The notes below the pieces were generated by a model. The model searched no databases. It was given only the letters and a program-made list of their open reading frames with translations, and had not been told where the DNA came from. Positions 21,180 through 29,244 of a stretch of DNA of 64,000 nt are shown piece by piece (within the stretch, counting starts at the first letter, position 1; every line of letters begins with the position of its first letter). Location: NCBI GenBank assembly GCA_964428965.1, contig CAYSAF010000002.1, positions 20,985 through 84,984 of the forward strand. Direction: 5' to 3'. The stretch is from Candidatus Woesearchaeota archaeon (lineage in GTDB: Archaea > Nanobdellota > Nanobdellia > SCGC-AAA011-G17 > VGLX01). A program made the position numbers and the translations under genes.

Positions 21180-21560
21180 GTGATAGCCTTCAACTTTGAA
21201 AAATTCACAGGACAAGCAACAAAGAAAGTTGTTGGCGTAACAAAGGTGTACCTGTCAGCAGACCCTAGCATAGCAGACCAAGGAGAGGTCACGCTGAACA
21301 AAGGCGAAACGCTATACGTAACAGTAGACGCAGGAAGCCAGGGAAGCAGGGGAATAATAACGCTATATGACATGAACTCTGCCAAGGCAAGAAGAGTAAA
21401 AACTGTAGAGCTAACAGGATGTGGATCACAACAATGCAAACCGGGAGTTATAGGAACAGCTAAAATAAACATCTACTACAACTGGGAAGGAAGATACTGC
21501 GTAACTGTAAAGGATTTAGGTACAAACAAAGACGTACAGAGCTGCTTCACAGTAAGATAA
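21180..21560 (+). CDS. Small secreted protein, family member A, sharing the 'FN(L/F)EKFTG ... C(F)TV' pattern. The in-frame upstream TM segment has no ATG/GTG/TTG start.
   Basis: Paralogous to 21570..22010 and 28718..29143. The frame is open back to 21099 and encodes 'TIIVSLVIILVALVIAFNFEKFTG', which matches the signal-anchor of the paralogues. Confidence 0.55.
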   Translation: MIAFNFEKFTGQATKKVVGVTKVYLSADPSIADQGEVTLNKGETLYVTVDAGSQGSRGIITLYDMNSAKARRVKTVELTGCGSQQCKPGVIGTAKINIYYNWEGRYCVTVKDLGTNKDVQSCFTVR

Positions 21561-21569
21561 GAGGAAGGG

Positions 21570-22010
21570 ATGATTCAAGACAAAAAGACTGTGATAATAG
21601 CGGTAGTTCTGCTATTTGTAGCGGTAATTGTAGCATTTAACCTGGAGAAATTCACAGGCGGAGCAACAAACGTAAAATCAGAAATGCCCAAAGTCTATGT
21701 GTCAGCAAGCCCAAAGATAACAGACCAGCCCAACTGTCTGGTAAAAGCAGGGAGCAAGGTTTACATAACAGCAGAGACTGGAACAAGGGGTATAAGAAGA
21801 AGTGGTTATCTATACGACAACAACGGAAAGGCAGCACTGAGGAAGGCTGATTTCGAATTTGACCAGAACTGCGGAGGAGGGACCTGCAGACCTAACAAGA
21901 TAACATGGGCAGACTACAGGCTGTCTGCAGAATGGAAGGGAAGCTACTGCATAAAGGTTGTAGAACTGTACACCAACAGACAGGTAAGCAAGTGCTTCAC
22001 TGTTCAATAA
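21570..22010 (+). CDS. Small secreted protein, family member B
   Basis: N-terminal TM 'VIIAVVLLFVAVIVAFNLEKFTG'. C-terminal '...YCIKVVELYTNRQVSKCFTVQ'. It has 4 Cys. Confidence 0.65.
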   Translation: MIQDKKTVIIAVVLLFVAVIVAFNLEKFTGGATNVKSEMPKVYVSASPKITDQPNCLVKAGSKVYITAETGTRGIRRSGYLYDNNGKAALRKADFEFDQNCGGGTCRPNKITWADYRLSAEWKGSYCIKVVELYTNRQVSKCFTVQ

Positions 22011-22044
22011 TTTTTTATTCTTTTTAACAAAAAAGGGATATAAC

Positions 22045-23034
22045 ATGAAAATAATAAAAGCAGGCATCATAATAATACTAATCCTAACTCTTGGAGTAAA
22101 CGCATTAGAAATATATGACAAGGAGTGCAAGAACGACGGAAGCCTAAGAGTGGTAGTAAAAGGAGACAGCAAGGCAAAGGTGTACACAAGCGAAATAGAA
22201 GTTAAAGTAGGCCAGATAGCCATGCCTGGAAGCTGGGACACGAACTACGTAACCAGGTCTACAACGGCAGCCAGGGAGTACTCAACATACCAATCAGAAG
22301 CGAACATACTAACAGCAAAGAGGTCATACCCGATAAACGTAGAATACAAAGAAACACAGGAAGACGGAAGCAAAACCATAGGGACAGCACCATTCGAAAT
22401 AGAATGTCCTGGATTGGTTTTCAGCTGCAAAAACCTCAACATAACCATCCTAAGCTGTGAAAACCAAGAAGACGGGCTTTTCAGATCAAGCATTCACATA
22501 AGTGGCCTTGAACAATCAGAGATAGCAAAGATGGACGTCATGCAAGTTGTAGACTTCATAATAGAAGCAGAAAACAAGTACAAAGACATGACAGGAAAAG
22601 AAACAGCAAGAGGAACGCTACCATACAAAGCGCAAGTAATAAGAATAGAGAAGGACGAATATGTGGTAAGGTACGAGTTCAGCAGCAAAAACAACAACAC
22701 AGTAAAAACCCTCTGGGCAGGCTACAACAACAACCTGAAATATACCTGCAAACAAGTCCAATACCCAGAAGTGAAGTTCTACGACAAGGTTGAATGCGTG
22801 AAACAAGAAACAGCACAACAAACAGAGCCAGAAGAAGAAAAGGTTGATACCCAAACAGAGACAGAAAAAGAACAGCCGAAGGAAACACAGAAACCAACAA
22901 AAAAAGCAGAACAGATAATTCAAGAACAGCCAAAGAACTACAAGCCCTTGGCGATAGTAAGCATAATCCTCATTGTAGTGCTAAGCGTTGGCGGGATAAT
23001 ATTAAGCTACCTTTACAAGAGAGGATATTTATAA
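22045..23034 (+). CDS. Cell-surface protein with a signal peptide, a globular domain, an acidic Glu/Lys/Thr-rich stalk and a C-terminal TM anchor
   Basis: N-terminal 'MKIIKAGIIIILILTLGVNA'. The stalk is 'TEPEEEKVDTQTETEKEQPKETQKPTKK'. The C-terminal anchor is 'LAIVSIILIVVLSVGGIILSYLYKRGYL'. Confidence 0.6.
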   Translation: MKIIKAGIIIILILTLGVNALEIYDKECKNDGSLRVVVKGDSKAKVYTSEIEVKVGQIAMPGSWDTNYVTRSTTAAREYSTYQSEANILTAKRSYPINVEYKETQEDGSKTIGTAPFEIECPGLVFSCKNLNITILSCENQEDGLFRSSIHISGLEQSEIAKMDVMQVVDFIIEAENKYKDMTGKETARGTLPYKAQVIRIEKDEYVVRYEFSSKNNNTVKTLWAGYNNNLKYTCKQVQYPEVKFYDKVECVKQETAQQTEPEEEKVDTQTETEKEQPKETQKPTKKAEQIIQEQPKNYKPLAIVSIILIVVLSVGGIILSYLYKRGYL

Positions 23035-23068
23035 AAAGATTTAAAAAATTCTAAGACAGCCTAAAATC

Positions 23069-23761
23069 ATGAAAGAACCACCCAAAGTGCTAGTCGGATG
23101 CCCAACATCACACCACAAAGGATACTGCCTCAAAGAGTATGCAGAAGCGGTAAAAAGCCTGACTTACAAAAACTACGACGTACTACTGGTAGACAACTCA
23201 GAAAACTATGAATACGTGGAGAAAATAAGGAAAGAAGGGCTGCCTGTGATAAAGGGACCATACTTCGAGGGAGCAAGGGACAGAATAATAGAATCGAGAA
23301 ACATGCTAAGAGAAAAAACCATTAAAAGCTATGACTACTTCTTAAGCCTTGAGCAGGATGTGATACCCCCAAAGGATATAATAGAAAAACTCATCAGACA
23401 TGGCAAGGAGATTACAACAGGAGTTTACTTTGCCTACAACCAAGTCCCAGACGGTAGGGTGGTTTTAATACCGCTGGTATACAAACTGGTTGATGAAAAG
23501 ACACTGACCATGAGAAACCTCAGTGAAGATGAGGTATTCCAGGATCAGGTAATTCAAGTAGTATCGTGCGGACTTGGTTGCGTGTTGATAGGCAAAAAAG
23601 TACTTGAAAAAATAAAATTCAGATACGAGTTAAACACATTCGACGACAGGTGGTTCTGCAAAGACGCTTACAACCTGAAAATACCGATATACGCGGACAC
23701 AAGCGTGAGATGCAAACACCTCATATCAAAACACCAAAGATGGAGCGATATAAGGAAATGA
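23069..23761 (+). CDS. Minimal GT-A fold (GT2-like) glycosyltransferase, tandem copy 1
   Basis: 'VLVGCPTSHHKGYC...YDVLLVDNSEN' resembles GT2 'IPTYN...VIVVDDGS'. 'LEQDVIPP' is a DxD-like motif. 'GLGCVLIGKKVLEKIKFRYE...FDDRWFC' resembles the GT2 C-terminal region. Confidence 0.55.
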   Translation: MKEPPKVLVGCPTSHHKGYCLKEYAEAVKSLTYKNYDVLLVDNSENYEYVEKIRKEGLPVIKGPYFEGARDRIIESRNMLREKTIKSYDYFLSLEQDVIPPKDIIEKLIRHGKEITTGVYFAYNQVPDGRVVLIPLVYKLVDEKTLTMRNLSEDEVFQDQVIQVVSCGLGCVLIGKKVLEKIKFRYELNTFDDRWFCKDAYNLKIPIYADTSVRCKHLISKHQRWSDIRK

Positions 23762-24453
23762 AAGTGCTCGTAGGGGGGCCTGTTTCGGATATGCACGAAT
23801 ACTGCTTTGAAGAGTTGGTGAGGTCAAGAAAGAGCCTGATATACAAAAACCATCACGTAATGCTTGTAGACAACTCAGAAAAAGACGAATTCTACAAAAG
23901 ACTTAAAAAAGAAGGTTTTCACGTCGAGAAAGTAGGTTACAGAAAAAAAGCAAGAGACAGATTAGTTGACAGCAGAAACCTTCTAAGGAAATACGCGATA
24001 GAAAATAATTACGACTACTTCCTAAACCTAGACCAAGACATAATACCGCCAAAAGACATAATAGAAAGACTGCTGAAACACAAAGAAAAAATAGTTACCG
24101 CAATATACTTCAACCCGATAAGACTGCCACTAACAGGAGAGGTTAAGTTAAGACCTGTAGTAGGAGTTATGGAAGGGACAAAGATAAGATTCCTCAAACC
24201 AGAAGAGATGAACAAAGGATTAAGGGAAGTTGACGTGTGCGGATCAGGATGCATAATAATGCACAGGGAAGTGCTTGAAAAAGTAGAATTCAGATACAAC
24301 AAGGAAAGTGACGGATTTGACGACGTTATGTTCGTTTACGACGCAAAACAGAACGGATACAAGGTTTATGCTGATACCTCACTTTTAGTAAAGCATTTAG
24401 TTATAAGCAGACCGTGGAGCTGGAAGGAACTTCAAAAGAAGAACGAAATGTAA
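23758..24453 (+). CDS. Minimal GT-A fold glycosyltransferase, tandem copy 2. The start is placed at the ATG that overlaps the upstream TGA as ATGA.
   Basis: 'MKVLVGGPVSDMHEYC...HVMLVDNSEKD', 'LDQDIIPPKDIIERL', 'GSGCIIMHREVLEKVEFRY...FDDVMF'. Confidence 0.55.
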   Translation: MKVLVGGPVSDMHEYCFEELVRSRKSLIYKNHHVMLVDNSEKDEFYKRLKKEGFHVEKVGYRKKARDRLVDSRNLLRKYAIENNYDYFLNLDQDIIPPKDIIERLLKHKEKIVTAIYFNPIRLPLTGEVKLRPVVGVMEGTKIRFLKPEEMNKGLREVDVCGSGCIIMHREVLEKVEFRYNKESDGFDDVMFVYDAKQNGYKVYADTSLLVKHLVISRPWSWKELQKKNEM

Positions 24454-24455
24454 AA

Positions 24456-25133
24456 ATGAAAGCAAAAATACTGGTAGGGTGCCCTACCTCTGACCATAAA
24501 TCTTACTGCCTGAAACAGTACGCAGAAGCGGTAAAGAAGTTAACTTACAAAAATCACAGCTTATTAATCGTCGATAATTCAAAAAGCCAGGCATACTCAA
24601 AAAAGATGAGAAGCATGGGATTAAAGGTGCTAAAAGACGAGTACAAAGAAAATGCGAGAGAGAGAATAGTCAGCTCCAGAAACATAGTAAGGGAAGAAGC
24701 GATAAAGAACTATGACTACTTACTAAGCCTGGAACAAGACGTGATACCGCCAAAAGACATAATAGAAAGACTGCTGAAACACAAAAAAGAGATAACCACA
24801 GGATTGTACTTCACTTACAAAACGGAAGATGAAACAAAAAAAATAATACCGCTACTATGGACTCTCGACGATAAAGAACCGAGAAACCTCACAGAAGAAG
24901 AAGTCATGCAAGACAGAGTAATAGAGGTAGAAGCAGCAGGACTGGGGTGCATGCTGATAGCAAAAGAGGTTCTCAAAAAAATAAAATTCAGGTACGAAAA
25001 GAAGAGCCAAGCTTTTGACGACATGTGGTTCTGCAAAGACACAAAGGAGAAAGGTTACAGCATAGTAGCGGACACAAGCGTTAAGTGCAAGCACCTGATA
25101 GAAAAATGGAGCTGGGAGGGGATAAAGAAATAG
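24456..25133 (+). CDS. Minimal GT-A fold glycosyltransferase, tandem copy 3. Alternative start at 24414.
   Basis: 'MKAKILVGCPTSDHKSYC...SLLIVDNSKS', 'LEQDVIPPKDIIERL', 'GLGCMLIAKEVLKKIKFRYE...FDDMWFCKD'. Confidence 0.55.
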   Translation: MKAKILVGCPTSDHKSYCLKQYAEAVKKLTYKNHSLLIVDNSKSQAYSKKMRSMGLKVLKDEYKENARERIVSSRNIVREEAIKNYDYLLSLEQDVIPPKDIIERLLKHKKEITTGLYFTYKTEDETKKIIPLLWTLDDKEPRNLTEEEVMQDRVIEVEAAGLGCMLIAKEVLKKIKFRYEKKSQAFDDMWFCKDTKEKGYSIVADTSVKCKHLIEKWSWEGIKK

Positions 25134-25144
25134 AAATGGCAAAA

Positions 25145-25226
25145 GCCGGGGTCGCATAACGGTATTGCGCAGGTCCCGAAAACCTGTTTCCTCACGGATA
25201 TCTGGGTTCGAATCCCAGCCCCGGCG
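25145..25226 (+). tRNA. Class II-type tRNA of 82 nt without CCA. It has a 3-bp D-stem and a 15-nt variable arm. The anticodon loop as folded reads CCCGAAA, giving anticodon CGA, probably Ser.
   Basis: Acceptor GCCGGGG pairs with CCCCGGC, and the discriminator is G. T-arm is CUGGG-UUCGAAU-CCCAG. D-loop is UAACGGUAU. Anticodon stem is CAGGU/ACCUG. Variable arm is UCC-UCAC-GGA. Confidence 0.6.
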
Positions 25227-25279
25227 AGATTATTACCAAACAAGTTTAACCAATAGAAAGCGTTATAAATCAAAATTCT

Positions 25280-25465
25280 ATGAAAAATATCATGAAGGAC
25301 CCATTGCCAAAAGAGCTGTTAGACATACTAGCATGCCCTATCTGCAAAGCAGACTTGAAGTACGGCAAGGAAAAGAAAACTCTTGCATGTACCAAGTGCA
25401 AGCACGAATACGAGATAAGAGACGGGATACCAATACTGTTACCACCCAAAGCCGGGGTCGCATAA
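25280..25465 (+). CDS. Trm112-like (DUF343/YcaR) small zinc-ribbon protein
   Basis: 'LLDILACPICKADLKY...LACTKCKHEYEIRDGIPILLP' matches the Trm112 family pattern. Its last 15 nt, including the TAA stop, overlap the 5' end of the downstream tRNA. Confidence 0.7.
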   Translation: MKNIMKDPLPKELLDILACPICKADLKYGKEKKTLACTKCKHEYEIRDGIPILLPPKAGVA

Positions 25466-25567
25466 CCTGGTATTGCGCAGATTCTAGGAATAGAAGCGTA
25501 AGCCTTGAGAGATGCCAGGTAAGCCTGTTTCCTTCGGGATATCTGGGTTCGAATCCCAGCCCCGGCG
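25451..25567 (+). tRNA. Intron-containing class II-type tRNA of 117 nt. Its acceptor, D and T arms match the upstream tRNA, with an insertion of about 33-40 nt in the anticodon arm. If the intron sits at the canonical 37/38 position, the anticodon is possibly UAG (Leu).
   Basis: The acceptor stem and T-arm are identical to tRNA 25145..25226. The variable arm is CC-UUCG-GG. The extra segment is 'AAUAGAAGCGUAAGCCUUGAGAGAUGCCAGGUA', between the 5' half 'CAGAU UCUAGG' and the 3' half 'AGCCUG'. Confidence 0.55.
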
Positions 25568-25668
25568 AGATTATATTCTTTTAATAAAAGAAGTAAAAGA
25601 CTATACAAGGCTAATGTCAGTTCTGCCGCATTACTTAGTGTCAATTCTCGGCTGTTGCTTAGAAGAAA

Positions 25669-26238
25669 TCAACCAATCACCATAGACCTTCTAAACCTTC
25701 TGTACTTGCGCCTGACAAACCTGCTGGAAAAAATGAATACAAGTATGAGAATGATAACCAGGGCGTACAAAGCAAGGTTGTAATAAACGTTACTGAAAGG
25801 CCAAACAGAAAAGAAGCCGGTAAAGTTGGGCCACAACTGCTCAGCTTCCTCAACGACCTCTGGCTCACTAACCTTCTCAAAAAACAAAACAACAGTCTTG
25901 TCGTCAACAAACTTGATAAGAGAAACCTTCATATCCTTGACATCATCCCTCTCAAAATCAAGCTCCAAAAAAGTCTTGGGGGTAATGGAAGTGTAATAAG
26001 GGACAGGAGAGCCCTCGATGAAATTGGTGATCTCAACACGCTGCTCATCTTTGTTGACGGCCCCAATAACCATCTTATGATTCTTGTCAGCCCAATCAAA
26101 CCTAACTCCATCGCCAACGCCTATCTGAACTAACAAAGAGCTGGAGTTAGAAAAATCTAGGGTGCGCATCTCGCCTTCAGAAACAACGATGCAAGAAAAC
26201 AAAACTAGAAATGCAAAAATGAGTAGGGAGGGTTTCAT
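25669..26238 (-). CDS. Secreted protein with a C-terminal TM anchor; hypothetical
   Basis: N-terminal signal 'MKPSLLIFAFLVLFSCIVVS'. C-terminal 'LALYALVIILILVFIFSSRFVRRKYRR'. Confidence 0.5.
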   Translation of the reverse strand: MKPSLLIFAFLVLFSCIVVSEGEMRTLDFSNSSSLLVQIGVGDGVRFDWADKNHKMVIGAVNKDEQRVEITNFIEGSPVPYYTSITPKTFLELDFERDDVKDMKVSLIKFVDDKTVVLFFEKVSEPEVVEEAEQLWPNFTGFFSVWPFSNVYYNLALYALVIILILVFIFSSRFVRRKYRRFRRSMVIG

Positions 26239-26312
26239 AGATGTTAGAATTAGAAATTTTGTTTATAAAGTTTTATGTTAGAAAAAATATATAATAAAAA
26301 AGAAAAGAAGCC

Positions 26313-28571
26313 TTACTGCTTCTTCTTCCTCAACAAGAAGTAACCAACCACGATCACCGCAATGATCACGATGACTGTTATCCAGATCCAAGCAGTTCCA
26401 CCTTCACCTTCAACTTCCGGAGGTGTTATTCCCTCTGCCGGAGGCTGTTCTCCTGAAGGGGGCTGCTCTCCTGTCGGAGCTTCTTGCTGAACGATCAAGT
26501 CAGCACCTTCCTTAACCTTGGTGAAGGTAACGTCTGCTTTACTGTTGGTTATACCGTTAAGCTTAACCACCAAATCGTTCACGCCGTCACCATTTATGTC
26601 CACGCTCTTTGCCTCTCCGATAACAAGGGTTACTGTCACAGGGGTTGATGCAATCTCCAAGGTAACTGTGGTTGAGGTAACCTCCTTGAATGTTATCGTG
26701 TGCTCAGTACTACCGTCGAACGAGAATGTCTTGATGGTGCCTTGCGGAACCTTCAAAGTTGCCTCGTCGCTTGTTGAGAAGTCGATGTCAAACGTAACTC
26801 CTGCTGCACCGCCTTCACCACCACCAGCTTCGCCGGATATCGAATAAAACGCCTGGAAGGTCTCCGAGCTTGAAGAGGTGTGCGAAGCCTCTCTGCCCAC
26901 ATTATCTAAGGCAGTACACTTAACCGTGTAAGTACCGCTTAATGAGGTGTCATCACCCGTGAAGGTTACTGAGTGCTTGTTTGAAGTGGTGTCAGCAAAC
27001 TTTTTAGTCACCGTTGTTCCGTCAGGCTTTGTCAACTCCCACTTGATCTTAGCAGTTGCTGACTTAGCATCACTGCTCTCACAAGTGTAGGTTATTGAGT
27101 CTCTCGGGCCTATCGACCTGTCAGTAGGCACGGTCATAGTCGGTTCGCCAGGTCCTGATACGTCCAACTCAAACCTATAAGGACCTGCTACAGCAGTGTA
27201 GTTGTCGTCTGTGTTGTTCGCAATTATGTAAAACTCAAAAGATGCGTTGTCAGAATAGCTACCAAAGTCAACAGAGTTTTCAAGAATAGCTATTTCTATC
27301 CCAGTGCTGTCGTTATAACCACCCGTTACGTTATACATTAAAATTGTGTCGTTAACAGATGCCGGGTCAAACTGTCCGTTATACAAATACTTCAACGGAG
27401 TTGAATCGTTCTTAAACACCAGGGCAACAGAATCGGACTTCTGATGACCGCTGACCTCAACATTGAAGGTAGAGTTCCTAGCACCCATGTAATAACCGCC
27501 ATTCAAGTTGGTACCGCTCGTACGGGTTACCGTATAACTTGTTCCCTCAGAATCCACATAGGACTGGGTTACGTTGATAACTGCAATCTTGGGGTTTATC
27601 GTGTTGTTAATGGTCAATGCGAATGGTATACCCCCACTAGCTAATGCTGATTCATTAAACTCTATATTCTGATTGAATGAGTCGTTAGCAAACACAAAGA
27701 AGGTTGCTGTGTCACCATCACTAATACACACGCTTGGCACGTTTACTGAGAAGTTTGATGTATTACCGCTTAGAGTAATAGTTGATATCTGCTCATAATC
27801 CTGGCGTGATGCTGTAATGTTAGAGGCACAGTAGAGGTAAGCCCCAGTCTCATCAAGTTTTTGATCAGTGATAATACCAGTAACAGTTATGATATTAGAG
27901 CTGTCAAGATAGGTGCTACTCATGTTAGTACCGTTAAGCAGCGTTTGGTTACCATCAGTAACGTTCAACTCAATCAGCCTTGGCTGCTGGTTGTCACTGT
28001 TCAAGTAGAAGGTGGAGCTATTTGCAACGCCATTACTTTCAGCATCACACACATCAGTACCGCAAGCATACGCTGTCCAGTTGACGTCAAGGGATTCCAA
28101 GCCGTCTGCAATACCTGTTATGTTAAGCATAATTATTATAGAGTTATTTGTTGGGTTACCACCGTCAATAGTGTTAGTAGAGGAGTTACATGAGAATATG
28201 TTCCCTGTTGCGTTCCTACATTCCCAACTGGTCAAGTTACCGCCAGTAGCATCCAACACAGAAGTCGAGCTGTAATTCCACTCATCAACCCCGTCTAAGA
28301 CTACACTCCCACCGCTTTGGCCGGCAAAATTCCATGAATAGTTGCCAGCGACAGTGTCGATGACAACTGTAACGTTTGATAAGTTCGCGGTGGAAGCAGC
28401 AGTTACGGTCAAGTTGACTAGAGCTTCAACACCACCGGTAGTCCAACCTGCAACCTCAAACCCGTCACCTCTCGGAGTGCTTATGGTGAATGAACTGAGA
28501 TCACCCGCACTCAAAACAACACCCAATAACAATAGAAAACTTGCAAATAAGATCACACTCTTTTTATTCAT
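26313..28571 (-). CDS. Large sequon-rich surface glycoprotein-like protein of 752 aa with a signal peptide, a Pro/Glu linker and a C-terminal TM anchor
   Basis: N-terminal 'MNKKSVILFASFLLLLGVVLSAG'. There are dozens of N-x-S/T sequons (NLTV, NLSN, NVTV, NYSW, NGTN...). The C-terminal reads 'PTGEQPPSGEQPPAEGITPPEVEGEGGTAWIWITVIVIIAVIVVGYFLLRKKKQ'. Confidence 0.65.
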   Translation of the reverse strand: MNKKSVILFASFLLLLGVVLSAGDLSSFTISTPRGDGFEVAGWTTGGVEALVNLTVTAASTANLSNVTVVIDTVAGNYSWNFAGQSGGSVVLDGVDEWNYSSTSVLDATGGNLTSWECRNATGNIFSCNSSTNTIDGGNPTNNSIIIMLNITGIADGLESLDVNWTAYACGTDVCDAESNGVANSSTFYLNSDNQQPRLIELNVTDGNQTLLNGTNMSSTYLDSSNIITVTGIITDQKLDETGAYLYCASNITASRQDYEQISTITLSGNTSNFSVNVPSVCISDGDTATFFVFANDSFNQNIEFNESALASGGIPFALTINNTINPKIAVINVTQSYVDSEGTSYTVTRTSGTNLNGGYYMGARNSTFNVEVSGHQKSDSVALVFKNDSTPLKYLYNGQFDPASVNDTILMYNVTGGYNDSTGIEIAILENSVDFGSYSDNASFEFYIIANNTDDNYTAVAGPYRFELDVSGPGEPTMTVPTDRSIGPRDSITYTCESSDAKSATAKIKWELTKPDGTTVTKKFADTTSNKHSVTFTGDDTSLSGTYTVKCTALDNVGREASHTSSSSETFQAFYSISGEAGGGEGGAAGVTFDIDFSTSDEATLKVPQGTIKTFSFDGSTEHTITFKEVTSTTVTLEIASTPVTVTLVIGEAKSVDINGDGVNDLVVKLNGITNSKADVTFTKVKEGADLIVQQEAPTGEQPPSGEQPPAEGITPPEVEGEGGTAWIWITVIVIIAVIVVGYFLLRKKKQ

Positions 28572-28717
28572 GACAATCTGCCTCCTCTTTTGTTTATCAT
28601 AATGATTTTAATATCTACAATTGAAAAATATAAAAACAAGGTGATATATAAAGTTTTCGAATACAAAAAATAACAACTAAAAAAATAAGTTTAGTAATTT
28701 AAAAGTGATAAAAAAAA

Positions 28718-29143
28718 TTATTCAACAAAAAAGGCAACTTTAACGTCCTTGTTCGTCAATAAGTCCCTAACCAGAACGTAATAGTTTCCGTGCCAAGAGT
28801 TCCAACTCCTGTAGCTAGCAACTACAGGCCTGCAGAAACGATAACCACCGAACAGAGCTGCTTCTTTCCTCTCAAAAGAAACGACAAACCTATTATCCTT
28901 AGCCCTGTAAATACTTATTTTCTTATCGGTACACTTAGAACCGGGAGTTATGTGGACGTTGATGTACTCACCTGCCTTTATCCTGTTAGGAATAACCTCA
29001 GCAGATGTCACAGCGTTAGACTTGCTTACTGATGAGAGAGCCCTGCCAGCCTCACCCGTAAACATGTCCAAGTTGAAAACAACAACCAAAGCCAACAATA
29101 AAAGAACAGAACCTATGATTATGTTCTTCTTACTAAAATCCAT
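28718..29143 (-). CDS. Small secreted protein, family member C
   Basis: 'IIIGSVLLLLALVVVFNLDMFTGEAG' and the C-terminal 'YYVLVRDLLTNKDVKVAFFVE' parallel members A and B. Confidence 0.6.
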   Translation of the reverse strand: MDFSKKNIIIGSVLLLLALVVVFNLDMFTGEAGRALSSVSKSNAVTSAEVIPNRIKAGEYINVHITPGSKCTDKKISIYRAKDNRFVVSFERKEAALFGGYRFCRPVVASYRSWNSWHGNYYVLVRDLLTNKDVKVAFFVE

Positions 29144-29244
29144 TTTACAAACCTCCTTTTTTCTGGGGAATAAGAATTGGAACTAATATATAAACTTTCT
29201 GAGAAGTTTTGAAAAAAGAAAAAGAAAAAAAAAGGCTTATGCCT

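Noticed and set aside
21065-21472. A 135-aa minus-strand ORF antisense to small secreted gene A
   Set aside because: It overlaps the conserved paralogue family member on the other strand and has no motif. Shadow ORFs are common in this AT-rich, Lys-rich coding style.
25136-25159. A 7-codon ORF MAKAGVA immediately upstream of, and overlapping, the first tRNA
   Set aside because: It is too short to be a gene. I interpret it as a remnant of the Trm112 3' end that was copied in the tRNA duplication (see finding).
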